From: Piedraia hortae CBS 480.64
Lineage: Eukaryota
Direction of reading: 5' to 3'
NCBI GenBank assembly: GCA_010093745.1
Contig: MU005963.1
Coordinates: 82,217-146,216, forward strand
DNA length: 64,000 bases
Within the stretch, counting starts at the first letter, position 1. The number at the start of each line of letters is the position of its first letter. The translations under genes were made by a program, and so were the position numbers. The notes under the pieces were generated by a model. That model saw only the letters and a list, made by a program, of their open reading frames with translations. It was not told the origin of the DNA and searched no databases. Below are positions 56,355-64,000 of this stretch, one piece after another.

Positions 56355-56721
56355 GTTGAAGGCGTGACGCGTGCAGGTGTGAGCGCACTCAGCCGCGTAT
56401 GATGCACAACAACTATAGCAGCAACAAATCTCCTTCATGAGCCCAAGCTACACACTGACGCTGCACACGCTCCCACGCGTGCACCTACGCAAGAATAGCG
56501 ACACAATGACGAAGCCATTGCACATTCTCGCCAAAGCAGAAGAACACATGGCTATCTCGACTACCAACCAACGGACCAAAAGCTAAGAATACCCTCCACT
56601 CTCTCGGCCCGCAAGCCTCATCTATCGTGACATGCCAAACCACCCCAATGCACTTTTGTTCAAAACTTTTGGAAGGGAGATCCTCGAAGGAACGAACGCC
56701 GCTACAACCGTTGATGCACGT

Positions 56722-58239
56722 TCACCCTCGACCCAGCTGATTCGATTGGGGAAGAACTTGAGCTTGTGCCACCGGACCTCCCATTCCATAAGGGTGGGCG
56801 TACTGGTTCGTATCACCGACAAGCTGCTGCATTGCCATGCCAGAAATCCCTTGGGCTTGGGAGACAGGGCAGTCTTTGTGCTGAACCAGAAGCGCTTTCA
56901 GCGCCTGAAGCTCTTCCTTCAACTGCAAGACGGTATTGTTAAGGCTCTCATTTTCTTGGCCAAAGACTTCCACCTTGTTCTGGAGATCGGCCAGCCACTG
57001 CTTCTTACGTTGACGGCATTTCAATGCTGCAAGCCGGTTGCGTTCGAGGAAACTCTTACGCTTTTCGTCTTCGGTCAACTTCTTGCCGTCGCCAGAATCA
57101 TTGTGGCCGTCATCTTCAGCGTCAGACGCCATGCCACGACCATGGGTGGTACGGGACTTTTTATTTGCGCCTCGCGACGTCTCCTCAGCTTTACGCTTGC
57201 CCGACCTACCACTAGTCTTCTTGCGCAACCCACGACCCTGGCCCGTACCGTCCTGGTTGTGATCTGAAAACTCCGCATTGTGCGTGCTACTGGACAAGGC
57301 GCTGACAATGCTATCGTTGCCCTGGCGCGCGTGCATTTGACCAGTTGGGGCTACGGGATAGCTCGGTTGTGTTACACCGTAGCTCTGAGAGCCTCGCTGG
57401 CCACCCGCTTGTGCGAGCATGTACAATCCATTAGCTGCATCGTTGGTCTGGTAGGTGCTAAACGGGTCCTGGGTTTCCTGACCCCGGCCAGGAACCATAG
57501 GCTTGGTGTCTAAGTCTGGCTGAATGTTCGCATTTGATGGGGCTTGGGACCCGGCCCCGTTAGGCCCTGCGCCATAGGGATTGGTAGCACGGGCAGTCAT
57601 GGCTGTACGGTGAAAATCAATAGTATTCGGTGTGGCCCCACCGCTCTGAAGCTGATTGTACAAAACCTGCGAGTCAGGTGATTGTTGCGTGAAGAGAAAC
57701 CCACTGCCGCCCGGCGTTAGTCCCGAACGCAACGACGACTCGTGTTGTGTGGGGAAACTCCCCGAATACTGATGGTGATCGTTGGTGAAGTAGTCGCTGG
57801 GTCCTCCTATGTTGGCATTCAAAGGGCCTGCCCAGGTCGGAGTGCTCGCCGGAAGGGCCGGGGCCGGTGACGGGAGGTTGGAGAAGGAGGGCACCTTGCC
57901 CTTACCCGGCGTGCCGGCAGCGGTGACCCCAAACGCGCTATCAAACGGATTTTCCTCGTTGGACAGATGGTTCTTGTAGTCCCCTTCTCCGGTCTGGGCA
58001 GGCTTCGGCGGCGGCGCAAGAGGCGCATTTGTTGTGGGCGGCGCAGGAGACTTTTCTTTCCGCTCGGTGGGCGTGTCTCCAGTATCCTCTGTTTTAATGG
58101 TATCGGTAACCTCTGTACTGAGTCAGAAACGTTGAGCGCGGAATCATGCGACAAACTCACTCTTGGAACTGCGGGTACGGGGCGATGACGGCATGCTTTT
58201 AGCCGGTGGTGTGGGCGATGACCGGGTGGCGGCGGTCAT
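56722..58239 (-). CDS. ATF1: ATF/CREB bZIP transcription factor (Atf1/AtfA); exons 58239-58161 and 58112-56722
   Basis: ENPFDSAFG (OSA-like), SLRSGLTPGG, ATPNTIDFHRTA, and bZIP EKRKSFLERNRLAALKCRQRKKQWL..HKDCP. Confidence 0.92.
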
Positions 58240-58484
58240 GTTGATGACGTACTTAGAAACTTGACGCTCGGACTCTACTACTGCAAGGATTGGTCAGTGG
58301 AATGATGACGCGGAATTATGGACATGTCACGCCTGTCGAACCCCGCGACGGAGCTGCTTCAGGAGAGGGGTCGGTCGGCGGTGGTGGAGTGTGACGGGTG
58401 GCGGAACACACCTCCGGAGGTACGGGCGGTGGCACACGTCAAGATGACGCAAGTCAATCCTCACTGTTTTTTTGATGGAAGAGG

Positions 58485-58529
58485 ATGATGTCAATGAAAA
58501 GAATGATGTCAATGGAAGGAATGATGTCA
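58485..58529. promoter_or_regulatory. Three phased ATGATGTCA (TGACATCA on the minus strand) CRE-like sites upstream of ATF1
   Basis: Copies at 58485, 58503 and 58521 with an exact 18-bp period; additional ATGACG sites near 58244, 58305 and 58443. Confidence 0.45.
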
Positions 58530-58802
58530 GTCGCAAAAGCTGACGGAAGGCCTGCTCCAGCAGCACGGCCCGCAGGATGATCCGGTCACCCTGACCGCAC
58601 CAGCCACCCCGCAGTTACTAACGTCGTCCGTTACGGGCATTTGTAAGTGACGGTTTCTGACCCACTTATCGCTCCCGACCCTTCTGATTGGATGTGTTTC
58701 TAACATAAGGTTAGATTTAACGCTCTTTCCGAAACTTGGTCAGAATTTTGTGCCGACGCGCTAATGTGTCCATAAACTCCATTGCGCTTGAGATTTCACA
58801 TC

Positions 58803-60769
58803 ATGGCTCCAGTCCAGACAAATACCGCTGTAGTTGCCGATAAAGCGTCACAAAACACTGTGGCATCCCAGACGTTTTGGGAGCGTGCGTCGAGCTGGTA
58901 TGCGGAGAACAAGGTCGCAGCCTGGACCATTGCTGGCGTCACCATAGTGGCCGTGGGCGGCTCCATCTACTATCTTTCACAGCCTCAATCCGAGCTGGCC
59001 GAAAAATCCGCGGAATCCAAGAAGTCCAAGAAGTCGCGGTCGAAGAAACAGCCTCGTCCAGAGCCGGAAAAACAGCAGTCCTCTCCCAAAGGCCAGCCTT
59101 CTTCCCGCACTGCTACTGTACAAACAGAGGAGGAGGATCTCCCCAATATCACAGCGGAAACGGTAGATTCGCTCTCGGAACAAGACCGCAAAGATGCCGC
59201 TGCCAAGCTAAAGGCAGCCGGCAACAAGCTCTTTGGAGCCAAAGATTATGATTCCGCTATCAGTCTGTATGATCAGGCCATTCTCTGCCAAGCTGACCCA
59301 GTCTTCTACTCCAACAGAGCTGCCTGTTGGCACGCGCTGGGCGACTGGTCCAAGGTTGTCAATGACACCACGGCTGCTCTCAATTTCAATCCCGAATATG
59401 TCAAGGCCTTGAATCGCAGGGCCCACGCCTACGAGCAACTGGAGCAGTACAGCGATGCTTTGCTGGACTACACGGCCAGTTGCATCATCGACCAGTTCCA
59501 GAATGCCACGGCTACGCAGTCCATTGAACGCCTGTTGAAGAAGGTTGCTGAAGTAAAGGCAAAGAAGATTGTGGAGAGCCGGGAAAACAAACTGCCGTCG
59601 CCAGTGTTTGTCTCCAACTATCTGCAGGCTTTCCGCCAGCGACCGCTCCCCAAGGGGCTTGAGGAATCCGACAATCTGGTTCAGAGCAGTGGGAAGTGGT
59701 ATCTGCGCCAAGGGTTGCAAAAGCTCCAGCAGCGCTCGCGCGAAGGCTACGCCGAGGCATCAGAGATCTTCGACAAGGCGATTGTAGCCGGCGACCTAGG
59801 CGAGCACGAAGCATATGCATACAATATGCGTGGCACCTTCCGCTACCTCCATGGCGATAACGAAGCCGCGTTGAAAGATCTGAATCGCGCCATTGAGCTG
59901 GATCCCAGCTTCACCCAAAACTATGTTAAACGAGCCAGCATACATCTCGAACAGAGTAAGCGTTCTTGTTGCGCTTGAAACCACTTGCTAATGTAGTATA
60001 GATGAACGCGAAAAATCTGCTGCCGACTTCGATCTTGCCCTTCAACATAATGCAGAGGACCCAGACATCTTTTACCACCGGGCTCAACTCCATTTTGTCC
60101 TTAACGAGTTTCCAGCTGCGGCCAAAGACTATCAAAAGTCCATTGACCTTGATCCAGACTTTATCTTCTCTCACGTTCAGCTTGGTGTCACACAGTACAA
60201 AATGGGTAGCGTTGCCAACAGCATGGCCACTTTCCGCCGTTGTCTCAAGAACTTTGGGGACAAGGGCGATGTGTACAACTACTACGGGGAGCTTCTATTG
60301 GATCTGCAAAAGTACCAGGAGGCGGTTGAGAAGTTTGAAACTGCATTTGAGATGGAGAAGAAGCACACGACGGGCGTGCCCAACGTGCTGCCACTCATCA
60401 ATAAGGCATTGGCTCTGATCCAGTGGAAGCAGGACCTTGACGTTGCGGAAAAGCTTTGCAACGAAGCTTTGGAGAGTAAGTTTTAACGCACCACATTTTG
60501 AATTTATTCTAATCGGAACAGTTGATCCCGAGTGTGATATTGCCGTTGCAACCATGGCCCAATTGCTTTTGCAGCAAGGCAAGGTGACGGAAGCCCTGGG
60601 ATACTTTGAGCGCGCGGCCAAGTTGTCGCGCACAGAGGGCGAAGTGGTTAATGCCTTGTCTTATGCCGAGGCGACGCGGACGCAGCTAGAAGTGCAACAG
60701 AAGTACCCGCAGCTGGCACCAAGGTTGCAGGGCATGGGTAACGCTGCGATGGCAGGAGCTATGAAGTAG
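58803..60769 (+). CDS. TOM70: Mitochondrial import receptor Tom70; exons 58803-59955, 60002-60475, 60522-60769
   Basis: N-terminal signal anchor, TPR repeats ([30 protein letters not shown]), [20 protein letters not shown]. Confidence 0.95.
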
Positions 60770-61024
60770 CGGTTGGCATATATGTACAATAGAGGCGACA
60801 CTCATCTATGTAATCTTGACCATTCTGTCAATACTCGAGGCTTCAGAGTACCAGCTCCGAATCCGCAGTCGGCATGTGCTTGCACCAGAATCTGTTCAGG
60901 TGCTGATCAGATTCGATCATCAGCGTGCGCTTGCCGAGTCCCGAACGGGTTAGCGCGGCTTGGCGACCACACCTCAAAATCCTCCGCCCTCTTTTCTCAC
61001 CCACCACCAACCTCTGCAGCAACC

Positions 61025-62145
61025 ATGTCTGAACAGCTCATGGAACGCGGCGTGCTTGAGGGTCACTCTGGCTGGGTGACCTGTCTGGCTACGTCGCTCC
61101 AGAATCCCGACATGCTCTTGTCCGGTTCGCGTGACAAGACCTTGATCATCTGGAACCTGACCCGCGACGACCCGAACAACTACGGGCAGCCTAAGAGATC
61201 TCTCCATGGACACAACCACATCGTGTCCGACTGCGTTATCAGCTCCGACGGGGCCTATGCTCTGTCGTCGTCGTGGGATAAGACGCTCCGTCTCTGGGAG
61301 CTGGCTTCGGGCGCCACGACTCGTCGATTCGTTGGCCACACTAAAGATGTCCTTTCTGTATCGTTCTCCGCCGATAATCGCCAAATCGTTTCCGGGTCGC
61401 GTGACAAGTCAATCAAGTTGTGGAACACCCTCGGTGACTGCAAGGTTACCATCACCGACAAGGGCCACACCGACTGGGTCTCGTGCGTGCGCTTCAGCCC
61501 GAACCCGCAGAACCCCGTCATTGTGTCCGCTGGCTGGGACAAGTACGTCAAGGTAAGTTGTTTTTCTTTACTACGTCTGGTATGATGCTTCAACAAGTAT
61601 TTGCTACTTCAGAGCCCAAAGTTCGGGCCGTGAGACACAACTGCCTTCACCGGCGCACTGATCACTCTTCCGAATCTGCATCTGCTATATTTCAGAGTAA
61701 CAGCTGACGGGATTAGGTGTGGGGGCTCGCTACCTGCCGCCTGCAGACGGACCATGTCGGCCATCAGGGCTACATCAACACGGTGACCATCTCTCCCGAT
61801 GGCTCCCTCTGTGCTTCGGGTGGCAAGGACGGCACAACGATGCTCTGGGACCTCAACGAGTCCAAGCATCTATACTCGCTGAATGCCGGTGACGAGATCC
61901 ACGCGCTCGTGTTCTCGCCCAACCGCTACTGGCTCTGCGCTGCCACGTCTAGCTCGATTGTCATCTTCGACCTGGAGAAGAAGAGCAGGGTTGATGAGCT
62001 CAAGCCAAACTTTGATCTCATGATGGGTCAGAAGAGCCGCCCGCCGGAGTGCGTGTCCCTTGCGTGGTCCGCCGACGGCCAGACGCTCTTCTCTGGCTAC
62101 ACGGACAACAAGATTCGCGCGTGGGGAGTCATGAGCCGCTCGTAA
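61025..62145 (+). CDS. cpc2: RACK1 / Asc1 / Cpc2 G-beta-like WD40 protein; intron 61553-61717
   Basis: [37 protein letters not shown] and [12 protein letters not shown]; characteristic RACK1 sequence. Confidence 0.97.
61578..61665 (+). ncRNA. snR24: Intronic box C/D snoRNA U24 (snR24)
   Basis: C box ATGATG (61582), guide TATTTGCTACT with D' box CAGA, C' box TGAGA, D box CTGA (61658-61661). The RACK1/ASC1 intron is the known fungal host of U24. Confidence 0.85.
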
Positions 62146-62376
62146 GCTATGTGATGAGGGGACGGCACGATGATGCTCGATACGAGGACCGGCAGCTTTG
62201 TGGGCAGTGGACTAGGGTTGTCGACGTCTGATGAAAGGTCGCAGCGGTGCACGTGTCTATAGAAAAATGAAAGATTTCTATCCTTTCGCCGTGACGCCCA
62301 GTGCATTGTCATGGATGCTAAAGGACGCGGATGCTAAAGGACAAGTTCCATCCATAACGCCATCAAAAGACCTACT

Positions 62377-63054
62377 TCACCTCGTCTCATCCGATAAAAT
62401 CGGCTCTGGGTTCAGGATTGCAAGGCGCATACGGTGCAGCTGTTCATGTTAGTATACAGAAGATACTGGCGGGTGAAAGACTTACCGCTGGCAACTTGGG
62501 CACCACTACTGCCAACGTGGCCATGAAGTTGATCATGAAATACGTCAGGTTGTAGTAGGTGTAATGTGTGCTGATGAGGAACAGACAGATGGGCACAGCC
62601 GTCAGAAACTTCTTGGCGGGGGTGTACTGGTCGCCATTGTCGATTTGCTCCCACAGGTTGAGGTTATCGTATGCGCCGGCATTGAACTCAAACGGGATGC
62701 CGCGTACCCAGTGAAACATGAGGTAGGAGCCGGCCATGTACGTGGTGTTGGTGAGGGTCCATGAAGTCTCCTGCGAGATAGACGGTACAACGTCGTAAAC
62801 AATTTTTAGTAGACAGATGAGGATAATGTGGATCATCCATGCGCCTGTCACTGTCAGCCAAGAGGTCGGAAGGCGGGGAAAGGGGGGGGGGGGAAGGAGG
62901 GGGAAGGGAAGGATGCCGTACCCTTGGCATACACCCACTGCGCATTAAGATTAGGCATGGTAGCCTGGTCGCTCTGTTGCTCTAAGCTCTCGGGCGGTTC
63001 CTGGTACACCAGACTACTGCTCCGTCGCCGCCGCCGCTTGCCCTGCTGACCCAT
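62377..63054 (-). CDS. ORM1: ORMDL family sphingolipid regulator (3 exons)
   Basis: RRRRSSS, NLNAQWVYAKG|AWMIH, MFHWVRGIPF, WEQIDNGDQYTPAKKFL and PKLPA|LHRMR motifs. Confidence 0.95.
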
Positions 63055-63598
63055 GCTCAGCTTCCTCTCGGCCGTCTGCACGCACAGCGGCTGCTCACTG
63101 GCCTCTGTTGCGCTTCTTGTCCGACCAGCCGGCTCGACAAATGTGATTGTGCTCGTCGTGGGACGGCGGAGTGTGGCGGTCGACGACATTTCTTTGGGTG
63201 CTGGCGTCGCCGGATACAGCGAGGATGGGGCGATCTTGCGCAGAAATTTTGGTGGAAACGCCACGATGACGGTCGCTGAATGGTTGATATGGGTATATTG
63301 AATTCGAAAGCTTTTATTTGAAGGAGTTTTTGTTCTCGTTGATTGATCGAATCGTCAAGATCCCTCTGCACGAGCCCCTCTGTGACGTTGTCACCCTAAC
63401 CCTTATTCGGGCCGACCCCTCTTCTATTCTGGAATAAACCTGGAACAGGAAGGCACGGCCCGTTGCATGGCCTCACATCTGCTTACGTGCGTCCGCTCTC
63501 CGCGTAATCTTGAGCCGCAAACGTGAACTTTGAAACTTGACCATTCACTCCTTACTCTTTCTTCTGCTCCATTGCCAGTTCTGTCTTTCTTTGTTGAG

Positions 63599-64000
63599 AT
63601 GGCACACATGTACACTGCCGTCCAACACCCACCAACTGCTCCACGTGAGCCTCAATCCATGACCCGAATGACCTCATCAGTGCCACCCATGCCCCTTGCA
63701 CCCATGGCTGGCAGTCGTAAAAGGTGCTATCCTGAATGTCCTGGCCTGACAGATTTGGGGAAGCGTCCCAGAATAGAAGGCAACAGCCCTCAGCCCTCGG
63801 GCGCGTATTCTGCCATCATCAAGCAGGGCAAGCCGGCCAACTCTGATGAGCGTCGCTTTACTGGGAAGATGACGGTCAGCTTCATCAAGGACGAGCCTTT
63901 CAGATCACACATTCGCATGAAGATGCAGGAGAAACCACTTCTAAACATTGAAGAGTTTGTGAAAAGCTGCATGAAGAAGGGAGCGTCATTCCGAAAGACG
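63599..64000 (+). CDS. 5' part of an unidentified gene running off the right edge
   Basis: ATG at 63599 opens a frame with no stop before base 64000 (MAHMYTAVQHPP...EEFVKSCMKKG); divergent from ORM1. Confidence 0.55.
   Translation, partial: MAHMYTAVQHPPTAPREPQSMTRMTSSVPPMPLAPMAGSRKRCYPECPGLTDLGKRPRIEGNSPQPSGAYSAIIKQGKPANSDERRFTGKMTVSFIKDEPFRSHIRMKMQEKPLLNIEEFVKSCMKKGASFRKT

Noticed and set aside
63394..63404. Telomeric repeat CCCTAACCCT (also near 26272)
   Set aside because: Fewer than two full units; expected by chance or as a promoter word.

Overview
Filamentous-ascomycete genomic DNA: compact genes, short GT-AG introns with CTRAC-type branch points, and protein style compatible with a Dothideomycete, though the taxon cannot be fixed from sequence alone. 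Three blocks of conserved genes are present. The first (0.9-10.2 kb) holds a kinase, DML1, PRP18, SAP18, DUF2235 and an aspartic protease. The second (19.5-34 kb) holds a conserved hypothetical, a GH55 glucanase, an MFS transporter, APS1, a Bet v1-like gene, GFA, tRNA-Thr and an elongase. The third (53.9-64 kb) holds SPC98, ATF1, TOM70, RACK1/cpc2 with an intronic U24 snoRNA, and ORM1. Two accessory islands separate these blocks (about 10.5-19 kb and 34-53.8 kb). Each island carries a NACHT-type fungal NLR, decayed orphan genes and solo LTRs of shared families; six solo LTRs have recognisable 5-bp target-site duplications. The second island also holds a dead, near full-length Tad1-like LINE. 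Two observations stand out. (1) A roughly 1,500-codon NACHT-WD40 NLR has a single lesion, a TAG exactly at a Trp conserved in its in-window paralog; this fits either UAG-to-UGG A-to-I editing or a recent nonsense allele. (2) The solo LTRs carry a covarying, multi-hairpin structured motif, part of which is shared between otherwise dissimilar LTR families. All calls were made by eye, without database searches.
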